Shown in pieces: positions 35,401-50,400 of a stretch of DNA of 64,000 nucleotides. The notes under the pieces are model-generated. The model saw nothing but the letters and a program-made list of their open reading frames with translations, was not told where the DNA came from and did no database searches. The stretch comes from Eledone cirrhosa (Eukaryota). The DNA is taken from positions 83,266,001 through 83,330,000 of the forward strand of contig OZ024746.1 in assembly GCA_964016885.1 (NCBI GenBank), written 5' to 3'. Both the position numbers and the translations under genes were made by a program. Within the stretch, counting starts at the first letter, position 1. Each line of letters begins with the position of its first letter.

Positions 35401-38400
35401 TTTATTTGGGTGCCCCGTCTTTTATTTGGGTGCCCCGTTTTTTATTTGGGTGCCCCGTTTTTTTATGGGGGGGGTCCGTTTTTTATCTGGGTACCCCGTT
35501 TTTTATTTGGGTGCCCCGTTTTTTTATGGGGGGGGTCCGTTTTTTATTTCGATACCCAGTTCTTTATTTGGGTGCCCCGTTTTTTAATGGGGGGTCCGTT
35601 TTTTATTTGGGTGCCCCGTTTTTTTATGGGGGGGTCCGTTTTTTATTTGGATACCCTGTTTTTTATTTGGGTGCCCCGTTTTTTTATGGGGGGGGGTCTG
35701 TTTTTTATTTGGGTGCCCCGTTTTTTTATGGGCTGGGTCCGTTTTTTATTTGGGTGCCCCGTTTTTTTATGGGGGGGTCCGTTTTTTATTTGGGTGCCCC
35801 GTTTTTTATTTGGGTACCCCGTTCTTTATTTGGGTGCCCCGTTTTTTTATGGGGGGATCCGTTTTTTATTTGGATACCCCGTTTTTTATTTGGGTGCCCC
35901 GTTTTTTTATGGGGGGGGTCCGTTTTTTATCTGGGTACCCCTTTTTTTTATGGGGGGGTCCGTTTTTTATTTGGGTGCCCCGTTTTTTTATGGGGGGGTC
36001 CGTTTTTTATGGTGGGGTCCGTTTTTTATTTGGGAGCCCCGTTTTTTATTTGGGTGCCCCGTTTTTTATTTGGGTGCCTCGTTTTTTTTATGGGGGGGTC
36101 CGTTTTTTATTTGGGTGCCCCGTTTTTTTATGGGGGGGGGGCCGTTTTTTTATTTGGGTGCCCCGTTTTTTATGGAGGGGCCGATTTTTATTTGGGTGCC
36201 CCGTTTTTTTATGGGGGGGGTCCGTCTTTTATTTGGGTACCCCGTTTTTTTATGGGGGGGGTCCGTTTTTTATTTGGGTACCCCGTTTTTTTATGGGGGG
36301 GGGCCGTTTTTTATTTGGGTACCCCGTTTTTTTATGGGGGGGTCCGTTTTTTATTTGGGTACCCCGTTTTTTATTTGGGTGCCCCGTTTTTTTATGGGGG
36401 GTCCGTTTTTTATTTGGGTATCCCGTTTTTTATTTGGGTGCCCCGTTTTTTTATGGGGGGGTCCGTTTTTTATTTGGGTGCCCCATTTTTTTATGGGGGG
36501 GCCGTTTTTTATTTGGGTGCTCCGTTTTTTTATGGGGGGGGTCCGTTTTTTATTTCGGTGCCCCGTTTTTTATGGGGGGGTCCGTTTTTTATTTGGGTGC
36601 CCCGTTTTTTTATGGGGGGGTTCGTTTTTTTATTTGGGTGCCCCGTTTTTTATGGGGGTCCGTTTTTTATTTGGGTGCCCCGTTTTTTTATGGGGGGGTC
36701 CGTTTTTTATTTGGGTGCCCCGTTTTTTTATGGGGGGGTCCGTTTTTTATTTGGGTGCCCCGTTTTCTATTTGGGTGCCCCTTTTTTTATGGGGGGGTCC
36801 GTTTTTTATGGGGGGGTCCGTTTTTTATTTGGATACCCCGTTTTTTATTTGGGTGCCGCGTTTCTTTATGGAGGGGGGTCCGTTTTTTATTTGGGTGCCC
36901 CGTTTTTTATTTGGGTGCCCCGTTTTTTTATGGGGGGGGTCCGTTTTTTATTTGGGTGCCCCGTTTTTTATGGGGGGGGTCCGTTTTTTATTTGGGTACC
37001 CCGTTTCTTATTTGGGTGCCCCGTTTTTTTAAGGGGGGGTCCGTTTTTTATTTGGATGCCCCGTTTTTTTATGGGGGGGTCCGTTTTTTATTTGGGTACC
37101 CCGTTTTTTATTTGGGTGCCCCGTTTTTTTATGGAGGGGTCCGTTTCTTATTTGGGTGCCCCGTTTTTTTATGGGGGGGTCCGTTTTTTATTTGGGTGCC
37201 CCGTTTTTTATTTGGGTGCCCAGTTTTTATATGGGGGGGTCCGTTTTTTATTTGGGTGCCCCGTTTTTTTTATGGGGGGGTCCGCTTTTTATTTGGGTGC
37301 CCCGTTTTTTTATGGGGGGGTCCGTTTTTTATTTGGGTGCCCCGTTTGTTATGTGGGTGCCCCGTTTTTTATTTGGGTACCCCGTTTTTTTATCGGGGGG
37401 GGTCCGTTTTTTATTTGGGTACCCCGTTTTTTATTTGGGTGACCCGTTTTTTTATGGGGGGGTCCGTTTTTTATTTGGGTGCCCCGTTTTTTTATGGGGG
37501 GGTTGGTTTTTTATTTGAGTACCCCGTTTTTTATTTGGGTGCCCCGTTTTTTTATGGGGGGTCCGTTTTTTATTTGGGTACCCCGTTTTTTATTTGGGTG
37601 CCCCGTTTTTTTATGGGGGGGGGTCCGTTTTTTATTTTGGTGCCCCGTTTTTTATTTGGGTGCCCCGTTTTTTATTTGGGTGCCCCGTCTTTTATTTGGG
37701 TGCCCCGTTTTTTATTTGGGTGCCCCGTTTTTTTATGGGGGGGGTCCGTTTTTTATCTGGGTACCCCGTTTTTTATTTGGGTGCCCCGTTTTTTTATGGG
37801 GGGGGGTCCGTTTTTTATTTCGATACCCAGTTCTTTATTTGGGTGCCCCGTTTTTTAATGGGGGGTCCGTTTTTTATTTGGGTGACCCGTTTTTTTATGG
37901 GGGGGTCCGTTTTTTATTTGGATACCCTGTTTTTTATTTGGGTGCCCCGTTTTTTTATGGGGGGGGTCTGTTTTTTATTTGGGTGCCCCGTTTTTTTATG
38001 GGCGGGGTCCGTTTTTTATTTGGGTGCCCCGTTTTTTTATGGGGGGGTCCGTTTTTTATTTGGGTGCCCCGTTTTTTATTTGGGTACCCCGTTTTTTATT
38101 TGGGTGCCCCGTTTTTTTATGGGGGGATCCGTTTTTTATTTGGATACCCCGTTTTTTATTTGGGTGCCCCGTTTTTTTATGGGGGGGGTCCGTTTTTTAT
38201 CTGGGTACCCCTTTTTTTTATGGGGGGGTCCGTTTTTTATTTGGGTGCCCCGTTTTTTTATGGGGGGGTCCGTTTTTTATGGTGGGGTCCGTTTTTTATT
38301 TGGGAGCCCCGTTTTTTATTTGGGTGCCCCGTTTTTTATTTGGGTGCCTCGTTTTTTTTATGGGGGGGTCCGTTTTTTATTTGGGTGCCCCGTTTTTTTT

Positions 38401-41400
38401 ATGGGGGGGGGGCCGTTTTTTTATTTGGGTGCCCCGTTTTTTATGGAGGGGCCGATTTTTATTTGGGTGCCCCGTTATTTTATGGGGGGGGTCCGTCTTT
38501 TATTTGGGTACCCCGTTTTTTTATGGGGGGGTCCGTTTTTTATTTGGGTACCCCGTTTTTTTATGGGGGGGGGCCGTTTTTTATTTGGGTACCCCGTTTT
38601 TTTATGGGGGGGTCCGTTTTTTATTTGGGTACCCCGTTTTTTATTTGGGTGCCCCGTTTTTTTTATGGGGGGTCCGTTTTTTATTTGGGTATCCCGTTTT
38701 TTATTTGGGTGCCCCGTTTTTTTATGGGGGGGTCCGTTTTTTATTTGGGTGCCCCATTTTTTTATGGGGGGGCCGTTTTTTATTTGGGTGCTCCGTTTTT
38801 TTATGGGGGGGGTCCGTTTTTTATTTCGGTGCCCCGTTTTTTATGGGGGGGTCCGTTTTTTATTTGGGTGCCCCGTTTTTTTATGGGGGGGTTCGTTTTT
38901 TTATTTGGGTGCCCCGTTTTTTATGGGGGTCCGTTTTTTATTTGGGTGCCCCGTTTTTTTATGGGGGGGTCCGTTTTTTATTTGGGTGCCCCGTTTTTTT
39001 ATGGGGGGGTCCGTTTTTTATTTGGGTGCCCCGTTTTCTATTTGGGTGCCCCTTTTTTTATGGGGGGGTCCGTTTTTTATGGGGGGGTCCGTTTTTTATT
39101 TGGATACCCCGTTTTTTAATTGGGTGCCGCGTTTCTTTATGGAGGGGGGTCCGTTTTTTATTTGGGTGCCCCGTTTTTTATTTGGGTGCCCCGTTTTTTT
39201 ATGGGGGGGGTCCGTTTTTTATTTGGGTGCCCCGTTTTTTATGGGGGGGGTCCGTTTTTTATTTGGGTACCCCGTTTCTTATTTGGGTGCCCCGTTTTTT
39301 TTAAGGGGGGGTCCGTTTTTTATTTGGATGCCCCGTTTTTTTATGGGGGGGTCCGTTTTTTATTTGGGTACCCCGTTTTTTATTTGGGTGCCCCGTTTTT
39401 TTATGGAGGGGTCCGTTTCTTATTTGGGTGCCCCGTTTTTTTATGGGGGGGTCCGTTTTTTATTTGGGTGCCCCGTTTTTTATTTGGGTGCCCAGTTTTT
39501 ATATGGGGGGGTCCGTTTTTTATTTGGGTGCCCCGTTTTTTTTATGGGGGGGTCCGCTTTTTATTTGGGTGCCCCGTTTTTTTATGGGGGGGTCCGTTTT
39601 TTATTTGGGTGCCCCGTTTGTTATGTGGGTGCCCCGTTTTTTATTTGGGTACCCCGTTTTTTTATCGGGGGGGGTCCGTTTTTTATTTGGGTACCCCGTT
39701 TTTTATTTGGGTGACCCGTTTTTTTATGGGGGGGTCCGTTTTTTATTTGGGTGCCCCGTTTTTTTATGGGGGGGTTGGTTTTTTATTTGGGTACCCCGTT
39801 TTTTATTTGGGTGCCCCGTTTTTTTATGGGGGGTCCGTTTTTTATTTGGGTACCCCGTTTTTTATTTGGGTGCCCCGTTTTTTTATGGGGGGGGTCCGTT
39901 TTTTATTTTGGTGCCCCGTTTTTTATTTGGGTGCCCCGTTTTTTATTTGGGTGCCCCGTCTTTTATTTGGGTGCCCCGTTTTTTATTTGGGTGCCCCGTT
40001 TTTTTATGGGGGGGGTCCGTTTTTTATCTGGGTACCCCGTTTTTTATTTGGGTGCCCCGTTTTTTTATGGGGGGGGGTCCGTTTTTTATTTCGATACCCA
40101 GTTCTTTATTTGGGTGCCCCGTTTTTTAATGGGGGGTCCGTTTTTTATCTGGGTGACCCGTTTTTTTATGGGGGGGTCCGTTTTTTATTTGGATACCCTG
40201 TTTTTTATTTGGGTGCCCCGTTTTTTTATGGGGGGGGTTTGTTTTTTATTTGGGTGCCCCGTTTTTTTTATGGGCGGGGTCCGTTTTTTATTTGGGTGCC
40301 CCGTTTTTTTTATGGGGGGGTCCGTTTTTTATTTGGGTGCCCCGTTTTTTATTTGGGTACCCCGTTTTTTATTTGGGTGCCCCGTTTTTTTATGGGGGGA
40401 TCCGTTTTTTATTTGGATACCCCGTTTTTTATTTGGGTGCCCCGTTTTTTTATGGGGGGGGGGTCCGTTTTTTTATCTGGGTACCCCTTTTTTTTATGGG
40501 GGGGTCCGTTTTTTATTTGGGTGCCCCGTTTTTTTATGGGGGGGTCCGTTTTTTATGGTGGGGTCCGTTTTTTATTTGGGAGCCCCGTTTTTTATTTGGG
40601 TGCCCCGTATTTTATTTGGGTGCCTCGTTTTTTTTATGGGGGGGTCCGTTTTTTATTTGGGTGCCCCGTTTTTTTTTATGGGGGGGGGCCGTTTTTTTAT
40701 TTGGGTGCCCCGTTTTTTATGGGGGGGCCGATTTTTATTTGGGTGCCCCGTTTTTTTATGGGGGGGGTCCGTCTTTTATTTGGGTACCCCGTTTTTTTAT
40801 GGGGGGGTCCGTTTTTTATTTGGGTACCCCGTTTTTTTTATGGGGGGGGGGGGCGTTTTTTATTTGGGTACCCCGTTTTTTTATGGGGGGGTCCGTTTTT
40901 TATTTGGGTACCCCGTTTTTTATTTGGGTGCCCCGTTTTTTTATGGGGGGTCCGTTTTTTATTTGGGTATCCCGTTTTTTATTTGGGTGCCCCGTTCTTT
41001 TATGGGGGGGTCCGTTTTTTATTTGGGTGCCCCGTTTTTTTATGGGGGGTCCGTTTTTTTATTTGGGTGCCCCGTTTTTTTATGGGGGGGCCGTTTTTTA
41101 TTTCGGTGCCCCGTTTTTTATGGGGGGGTCCGTTTTTTATTTGGGTGCCCCGTTTTTTTATGGGGGGGTTCGTTTTTTTATTTGGGTGCCCCGTTTTTTA
41201 TGGGGGTCCGTTTTTTATTTGGGTGCCCCTTTTTTTTATGGGGGGGTCCGTTTTTTATTTGGGTGCCCCGTTTTTTTATGGGGGGGTCCGTTTTTTATTT
41301 GGGTGCCCCGTTTTCTATTTGGGTGCCCCGTTTTTTATGGGGGGTCCGTTTTTTATTTCGGTGCCGCAATTCTTTATGGAGGGGGGTCCGTTTTTTATTT

Positions 41401-44400
41401 GGGTGCCCCGTTTTTTATTTGGGTGCCCCGTTTTTTTATGGGGGGGGTCCGTTTTTTATTTGGGTGCCCCGTTTTTTATGGGGGGGGGGGTCCGTTTTTT
41501 ATTTGGGTACCCCGTTTCTTATTTGGGTGCCCCGTTTTTTTAAGGGGGGGTCCGTTTTTTATTTGGATGCCCCGTTTTTTTATGGGGGGGTCCGTTTTTT
41601 ATTTGGGTACCCCGTTTTTTATTTGGGTGCCCCGTTTTTTTTATGGAGGGGTCCGTTTTTTATTTGGGTGCCCCGTTTTTTTTATGGGGGGGTGCGTTTT
41701 TTATTTGGGTGCCCCGTTTTTTATTTGGGTGCCCAGTTTTTATATGGGGGGGTCCGTTTTTTATTTGGGTGCCCCGTTTTTTTTATGGGGGGGTCCGTTT
41801 TTTATTTGGGTGCCCCGTTTTTTTATGGGGGGGTCCGTTTTTTATTTGGGTGCCCCGTTTGTTATGTGGGTGCCCCGTTTTTTATTTGGGTACCCCGTTT
41901 TTTTATCGGGGGGGGGGTCCGTTTTTTATTTGGGTACCCCGTTTTTTATTTGGGTGCCCCTTTTTTTTATGGGGGGGTCCGTTTTTTATTTGGGTGCCCC
42001 GTTTTTTTTATGGGGGGGTTGGTTTTTTATTTGGGTACCCCGTTTTTTATTTGGGTGCCCCGTTTTTTTATGGGGGGTCCGTTTTTTATTTGGGTACCCC
42101 GTTTTTTATTTGGGTGCCCCGTTTTTTTATGGGGGGGGGGTCCGTTTTTTATTTGGGTGCCCCGTTTTTTATTTGGGTGCCCCGTTTTTTATTTGGGTGC
42201 CCCGTCTTTTATTTGGGTGCCCCGTTTTTTATTTGGGTGCCCCGTTTTTTTATGGGGGGGGTCCGTTTTTTATCTGGGTACCCCGTTTTTTATTTGGGTG
42301 CCCCGTTTTTTTATGGGGGGGTCCGTTTTTTATTTCGATACCCAGTTCTTTATTTGGGTGCCCCGTTTTTTAATGGGGGGTCCGTTTTTTATTTGGGTGC
42401 CCCGTTCTTTTATGGGGGGGTCCGTTTTTTATTTGGATACCCTGTTTTTTATTTGGGTGCCCCGTTTTTTTATGGGGGGGGTCTGTTTTTTATTTGGGTA
42501 CCCCGTTTTTTTATGGGCGGGGTCCGTTTTTTATTTGGGTTCCCCGTTTTTTTATGGGGGGGTCCGTTTTTTATTTGGGTGCCCCGTTTTTTATTTGGGT
42601 ACCCCGTTTTTTATTTGGGTGCCCCGTTTTTTTATGGGGGGATCCGTTTTTTATTTGGATACCCCGTTTTTTATTTGGGTGCCCCGTTTTTTTATGGGGG
42701 GGTCCGATTTTTATCTGGGTACCCCTTTTTTTTATGGGGGGGTCCGTTTTTTATTTGGGTGCCCCGTTTTTTTATGGGGGGGTCCGTTTTTTATGGTGGG
42801 GTCCGTTTTTTATTTGGGAGCCCCGTTTTTTATTTGGGTGCCCCGTTTTTTATTTGGGTGCCTCGTTTTTTTTATGGGGGGGTCCGTTTTTTATTTGGGT
42901 GCCCCGTTTTTTTTATGGGGGGGGGGCCGTTTTTTTATTTGGGTGCCCCGTTTTTTATGGGGGGGCCGATTTTTATTTGGGTGCCCCGTTTTTTTATGGG
43001 GGGGGTCCGTCTTTTATTTGGGTACCCCGTTTTTTTATGGGGGGGTCCGTTTTTTATTTGGGTACCCCGTTTTTTTATGGGGGGGGGGACAGTTTTTTAT
43101 TTGGGTACCCCGTTTTTTTATGGGGGGGTCCGTTTTTTATTTGGGTACCCCGTTTTTTATTTGGGTGCCCCGTTTTTTTATGGGGGGTCCGTTTTTTATT
43201 TGGGTATCCCGTTTTTTATTTGGGTGCCCCGTTTTTTTATGGGGGGGGTCCGTTTTTTATTTGGGTGCCCCGTTTTTTTATGGGGGGTCCGTTTTTTTAT
43301 TTGGGTGCCCCGTTTTTTTATGGGGGGGCCGTTTTTTATTTGGGTGCCCCGTTTTTTTATGGGGGGGGTCCGTTTTTTATTTCGGTGCCCCGTTTTTTAT
43401 GGGGGGGTCCGTTTTTTATTTGGGTGCCCCGTTTTTTTATGGGGGGGTTCGTTTTTTTATTTGGGTGCCCCGTTTTTTATGGGGGTCCGTTTTTTATTTG
43501 GGTGCCCCGTTTTTTTATGGGGGGGTCCGTTTTTTATTTGGGTGCCCCGTTTTTTTATGGGGGGGTCCGTTTTTTATTTGGGTGCCCCGTTTTCTATTTG
43601 GGTGCCCCGTTTTTTATGGGGGGGTCCGTTTTTTATGGGGGGGTCCGTTTTTTATTTGGATACCCCGTTTTTTATTTGGGTGCCGCGTTTCTTTATGGAG
43701 GGGGGTCCGTTTTTTATTTGGGTGCCCCGTTTTTTATTTGGGTGCCCCGTTTTTTTATGGGGGGGTCCGTTTTTTATTTGGGTGCCCCGTTTTTTATGGG
43801 GGGGGGGTCCGTTTTTTATTTGGATACCCCGTTTTTTATTTGGGTGCCCCGTTTTTTTATGGGGGGGGTCCGTTTTCTATTTGGGTGCCCCGTTTTTTTA
43901 TGGGGGGGTCCGTTTTTTATTTGGGTGCCCCGTTTTTTTATTTGGGTGCCCCGTTTTTTTATGGGGGGGTCCTTTTTTTATTTGGGTGCCCCGTTTTTTT
44001 ATGGGGGGGGTTCGTTTTTTATCTGGATACCCCGTTTCTTATTTGGGTACCCCGTTTTTTATTTGGGTGCCCCGTTTTTTTATCTGGGTACCCCGTTTTT
44101 TATTTGGGTACCCCGTTTTTTATTTGGGTGCCCCGTTTTTTTTTCTGGGTACCCCGTTTTTTATCTGGGTACCCCGTTTTTTTATGGGGGGTCCGTTTTT
44201 TATTTGGGTGCCCCGTTTTTTTATGGGGCGGGGTCCGTTATTTATTTGGGGGGGTCCGTTTTTTATCTGCGTACCCCGTTTTTTATTTGGGTACCCCGTT
44301 TTTTATTTGGGTGCCCCGTTTTTTTATGGGGGGTCCGTTTTTTATTTGGGTGCCCCGTTTTTTTTATGGGGGGGTCCGTTTTTTATTTGGGTGCCCCGTT

Positions 44401-47400
44401 TTTTATTTGGGTGCACCGTTTTTTTATGGGGGTGTCCGTTTTTTATTTGGGTGCCCCGTTTTCTATTTGGGTGCCCCGTTTTTTATGGGGGGTCCGTTTT
44501 TTATGGGGGGTCCGTTTTTTATTTGGATACCCCGTTTTTTATTTGGGTGCCGCGTTTTTTTATGGAGGGGGGGGTCCGTTTTTTATTTGGGTGCCCCGTC
44601 TTTTTATGGGGGGGTCCGTTTTTTATTTGGGTGCCCCGTTTTTTATGGGGGGGTCCGTTTTTTATTTGGATACCCCGTTTTTTATTTGGGTGCCCCGTTT
44701 TTTTATGGGGGGGTCCGTTTTCTATTTGGGTGCCCCGTTTTTTTATGGGGGGGTCCGTTTTTTATTTGGGTGCCCCGTTTTTTTATGGGGGGGGGGTCCG
44801 TTTTTTATCTGGGTACCCCTTTTTTTATTTGGGTACCCCGTTTTTTATTTGGGTGCCCCGTTTTTTTATGGGGGGGGGGTCCGTTTTTTATTTGGGTGCC
44901 CCGTTTTTTATTTGGGTGCCCCGTTTTTTTATGGGGGGGGGTCCGTTTTTTATTTGGGTGCCCCGTTTTTTTTATGGGGGGTCCGTTTTTTATTTGGATA
45001 CCCCGTTTTTTATTTGGGTGCCCCGTTTTTTTATGGGGGGGGGTCCGTTTTTTATTTGGGTGGCCCGTTTTTTTATGGGGGGGGGTCCGTTTTTTATTTG
45101 GGTGCCCCGTTTTTTTATCTAGGTACCCCGTTTTTTATTTGGGTACCCCGTTGTTTATTTGGGTGCCCCGTTTTTTTATGGGGGGGTCCGTTTTTTATTT
45201 GGATACCCCGTTTTTTATTTGGGTGCCCCGTTTTTTTATGGGGGGGGTACGTTTTTTATCTGGGTACCCTGTTTTTTATTTGGGTGCCCCGTTTTTTTAT
45301 GGGGGGGTCCGTTTTTATTTGGATACCCCGTTTTTTGTTTGGGTGCCCCGTTTATTATGGGGGGGGGTCCGTTTTTTTATTTGGGTGCCCCGTTTTTTAT
45401 TTGGGTGCCCCGTTTTTTTATGGGGGGGGTACGTTTTTTATTTGGGTGCCCCGTTTTTTATTTGGGTGCCCCGTTTTTTTATGGGGGGGTCCGTTTTTTA
45501 TTTGGGTGCCCCGTTTTTTATGGGGGGGTCCGTTTTTTATTTGGATACCCCGTTTTTTATTTGGGTGCCCCGTTTTTTTATGGAGGGGTCCGTTTTCTAT
45601 TTGGGTGCCCCGTTTTTTTATGGGGGGGTCCGTTTTTTATTTGGGTGCCCCGTTTTTTTATTTGGGTGCCCCGTTGTTTTATTGGGGGGGTCCGTTTTTT
45701 ATTTGGTTGCCCCGTTTTTTTATGGGGGGGGGTCCGTTTTTTATCTGGGTACCCCGTTTTTTATTTGGGTACCCCGTTTTTTATTTGGGTGCCCCGTTTT
45801 TTTATGGGGGGGGGGGGTCCGTTTTTTATTTGGGTGCCCCGTTTTTTATTTGGGTGCCCCGTTTTTTATTTGGGTGCCCCGTTTTTTTATGGGGGGTCCG
45901 TTTTTTATTTGGGTGCCCCGTTTTTTTTATGGGGGGGTCCGTTTTTTATTTGGGTGCCCCGTTTTTTATTTGGGTGCACCGTTTTTTTATGGGGGTGTCC
46001 GTTTTTTATTTGGGTGCCCCGTTTTCTATTTGGGTGCCCCGTTTTTTATGGGGGGTCCGTTTTTTATGGGGGGTCCGTTTTTTATTTGGATACCCCGTTT
46101 TTTATTTGGGTGCCGCGTTTTTTTATGGAGGGGGGGGGTCCGTTTTTTATTTGGGTGCCCCGTCTTTTTATGGGGGGGTCCGTTTTTTATTTGGGTGCCC
46201 CGTTTTTTATGGGGGGGTCCGTTTTTTATTTGGATACCCCGTTTTTTATTTGGGTGCCCCGTTTTTTTATGGGGGGGTCCGTTTTCTATTTGGGTGCCCC
46301 GTTTTTTTATGGGGGGGTCCGTTTTTTATTTGGGTGCCCCGTTTTTTTATGGGGGGGGGGTCCGTTTTTTATCTGGGTACCCCTTTTTTTATTTGGGTAC
46401 CCCGTTTTTTATTTGGGTGCCCCGTTTTTTTATGGGGGGGGGGTCCGTTTTTTATTTGGGTGCCCCGTTTTTTATTTGGGTGCCCCGTTTTTTTATGGGG
46501 GGGGTCCGTTTTTTATTTGGGTGCCCCGTTTTTTTATGGGGGGTCCGTTTTTTATTTGGATACCCCGTTTTTTATTTGGGTGCCCCGTTTTTTTATGGGG
46601 GGGGGTCCGTTTTTTATTTGGGTGGCCCGTTTTTTTATGGGGGGGGGTCCGTTTTTTATTTGGGTGCCCCGTTTTTTTATCTAGGTACCCCGTTTTTTAT
46701 TTGGGTACCCCGTTCTTTATTTGGGTGCCCCGTTTTTTTATGGGGGGGTCCGTTTTTTATTTGGATACCCCGTTTTTTATTTGGGTGCCCCGTTTTTTTA
46801 TGGGGGGGGTACGTTTTTTATCTGGGTACCCTGTTTTTTATTTGGGTGCCCCGTTTTTTTATGGGGGGGTCCGTTTTTATTTGGATACCCCGTTTTTTGT
46901 TTGGGTGCCCCGTTTATTATGGGGGGGGTCCGTTTTTTTATTTGGGTGCCCCGTTTTTTATTTGGGTGCCCCGTTTTTTTATGGGGGGGGTACGTTTTTT
47001 ATTTGGGTGCCCCGTTTTTTATTTGGGTGCCCCGTTTTTTTATGGGGGGGTCCGTTTTTTATTTGGGTGCCCCGTTTTTTATGGGGGGGTCCGTTTTTTA
47101 TTTGGATACCCCGTTTTTTATTTGGGTGCCCCGTTTTTTTATGGAGGGGTCCGTTTTCTATTTGGGTGCCCCGTTTTTTTATGGGGGGGTCCGTTTTTTA
47201 TTTGGGTGCCCCGTTTTTTTATTTGGGTGCCCCGTTGTTTTATTGGGGGGGTTCGTTTTTTATTTGGTTGCCCCGTTTTTTTATGGGGGGGGGTCCGTTT
47301 TTTATCTGGGTACCCCGTTTTTTATTTGGGTACCCCGTTTTTTATTTGGGTGCCCCGTTTTTTTATGGGGGGGGGTCCGTTTTTTATTTGGGTGCCCCGT

Positions 47401-50400
47401 TTTTTATTTGGGTGCCCCGTTTTTTATTTGGGTGCCCCGTTTTTTTATGGGGGGGGGTTCCGTTATTTATTTGGGTGCCCCGTTTTTTTTATGGGGGGGT
47501 CCGTTTTTTATTTGGATACCCTGTTTTTTATTTGGGTGCCCCGTTTTTTTATGGGGGGGGTCCGTTTTTTATTTGGGTGCCCCGTTTTTTTATGGGGGGG
47601 GTCCGTTTTTTATTTGGGTGCCCCGTTTTTTATTTGGGTGCCCCGTTTTTTTATGGGGGGTCCGTTTTTTATTTGGGTGCTCCGTTTTTTTATGGGGGGG
47701 GGTCCGTTTTTTATTTGGGTGTCCCGTTTTTTTATGGGGGGGTCCGTTTTTTATCTGGGTACCCCGTTTTTTATTTGGGTACCCCGTTTTTTATTTGGGT
47801 GCCCCGTTTTTCTATGGGGGGGTACGTTTTTTATTTTGGTGCCCCGTTTTTTTATGGGGAGGTCCGTTTTTTATCTGGGTACCCCGTTTTTTATTTGGGT
47901 ACCCCGTATTTTATTTGGGTGCCCCGTTTTTTTAGGGGGGGGGTCCGTTTTTTATTTGGGTGCCCCGTTTTTTTATGGGGCGGGGTCCGTTTTTTATTTG
48001 GGTGGGTCCGTTTTTTATTTGGGTGCACCGCTTTTTTATGGGGGGGTCCGTTTTTTATTTGGGTGCCCCGTTTTTTTTTATGTGGGGGTCCGTTTTTTAT
48101 TTGGGTGCCCCGTTTTTTTAGGGGGGGTCCGTTTTTTATTTGGGTGCCCCGTTTTTTTATGGGGGGGTCCGTTTTTTATTTGGGTGGCCCGTTTTTTATT
48201 TGGGTGCCCCGTTTTTTTATGGGGGGGTCCGTTTTTTATTTGGGTGCCCCGTTTTTTTATGGGGGGGTACGTTTTTTATCTGGGTACCCCGTTTTTTATT
48301 TGGGTGCCCCGTTTTTTTATGGGGGGGGGTCCGTTTTTTAATTGGGTGCCCCGTTTTTTTTATGGGGGGGTCCGTTTTTTATTTGGGTGCCCCGTTTTTT
48401 TATGGGGGGTCCGTTTTTTATCTGGGTACCCCTTTTTTTATCTGGGTACCCCGTTTTTTATTTGGGTGCCCCGTTGTTTTATTGGGGGGGTCCGTTTTTT
48501 ATTTGGTTGCCCCGTTTTTTTATGGGGGGGGTCCGTTTTTTATCTGGGTACCCCGTTTTTTATTTGGGTACCCCGTTTTTTATTTGGGTGCCCCGTTTTT
48601 TTATGGGGGGGGGGGTCCGTTTTTTATTTGGGTGCCCCGTTTTTTATTTGGCTGCCCCGTTTTTTATTTGGGTGCCCCGTTTTTTTATGGGGGGGGTTCC
48701 GTTATTTATTTGGGTGCCCCGTTTTTTTTATGGGGGGGTCCGTTTTTTATTTGGATACCCTGTTTTTTATTTGGGTGCCCCGTTTTTTTATGGGGGGGGT
48801 CCGTTTTTTATTTGGGTGCCCCGTTTTTTTATGGGGGGGTCCCGTTTTTATTTGGGTGCCCCGTTTTTTTATGGGGGGGGGTCCGTTTTTTATTTGGGTA
48901 CCCCGTTTTTTATTTGGGTGCCCCGTTTTTTTATGGGGGGGGTCCGTTTTTTATTTGGGTGCCCCGTTTTTTTATGGGGGGGGGTCCGTTTTTTATTTGG
49001 GTGCCCCGTTTTTTTATGGGGGGGTCCCGTTTTTTATTTGGGTGCCCCGTTTTTTATGGGGGGGGGTCCGTTTTTTATTTGGGTACCCCGTTTTTTATTT
49101 GGGTGCCCCGTTTTTTTATGGGGGGGTCCGTTTTTTATTTGGGTGCCCCGTTTTTTTATGGGGGGGGTCCGTTCTTTATTTGGGTGCCCCGTTTTTTTAT
49201 GGGGGGGTCCCGTTTTTATTTGGGTGCCCCGTTTTTTTATGGGGGGGGGGTCCGTTTTTTATTTGGGTACCCCGTTTTTTATTTGGGTGCCCCGTTTTTT
49301 TATGGGGGGGGTCCGTTTTTTATTTGGGTGCCCCGTTTTTTTATGGGGGGGGGTCCGTTTTTTATTTGGGTACCCCGTTTTTTTATGGGGGGGGGTCCGT
49401 TTTTTATTTGGGTGCCCCGTTTTTTTATGGGGGGGGGTCCGTTTTTTATTTGGGTACCCCGTTTTTTATTTGGGTGCCCCGTTTTTTTATGGAGGGGGTC
49501 CGTTTTTTATTTGGGTGCCCCGTTTTTTATTTGGGTACCCCGTTTTTTATTTGGGTGCCCCGTTTTTTTATGGGGGGGTCCGTTTTTTATTTGGGTGCCC
49601 CGTTTTTTTATGGGTGGGTCCGTTTTTTATTTGGGTGCCCCGTTTTTTTATGGGGGGGGTCCGTTTTTTATTTGGGTGCCCCGTTTTTTTATGGGGTGCC
49701 CCGTTTTTTATTTGGGTGCCCCGTTTTTTTATGGGGGGGACCGTTTTTTATCTGGGTACCCCGTTTTTTATTTGGGTACCCCGTTTTTTATTTGGGTGCC
49801 CCGTTTTTTTATGGGGGGGGTCCGTTTTTTATTTGGGTGCCCCGTTTTTTTTATGGGGGGGTCCGTTTTTTATTTGGGTACCCCGTTTTTTATTTGGGTG
49901 CCCCGTTTTTTTATGGGGGGGGGTCCGTTTTTTATTTGGGTGCCCCGTTTTTTTATGGGGGGGTCCCGTTTTTTATTTGGGTGCCCCGTTTTTTTATGGG
50001 GGGGGGTCCGTTTTTTATTTGGGTGCCCCGTTTTTTTTATGGGGGGGTCCGTTTTTTATTTGGGTACCCCGTTTTTTTATGGGGGGTCCCGTTTCTTATT
50101 TGGGTGCCCCGTTTTTTTATGGGGGGGTCCGTTTTTTATTTGGGTACCCCGTTTTTTATTTGGGTGCCCCGTTTTTTTATGGGGGGGGTCCGTTTTTTAT
50201 TTGGGTGACCCGTTTTTTTTATGGGGGGGTCCGTTTTTTATTTGGGTGCCCCGTTTTTTATTTGGGTGCCCCGTTTTTTTATGGGGGGTCCGTTTTTTAT
50301 TTGGGTGCCCCGTTTTTTTATGGGGGGGGTCCGTTTTTTATTTGGGTGCCCCGTTTTTTATTTGGGTGCCCCGTTTTTTTATGGGGGGATCCGTTTTTTA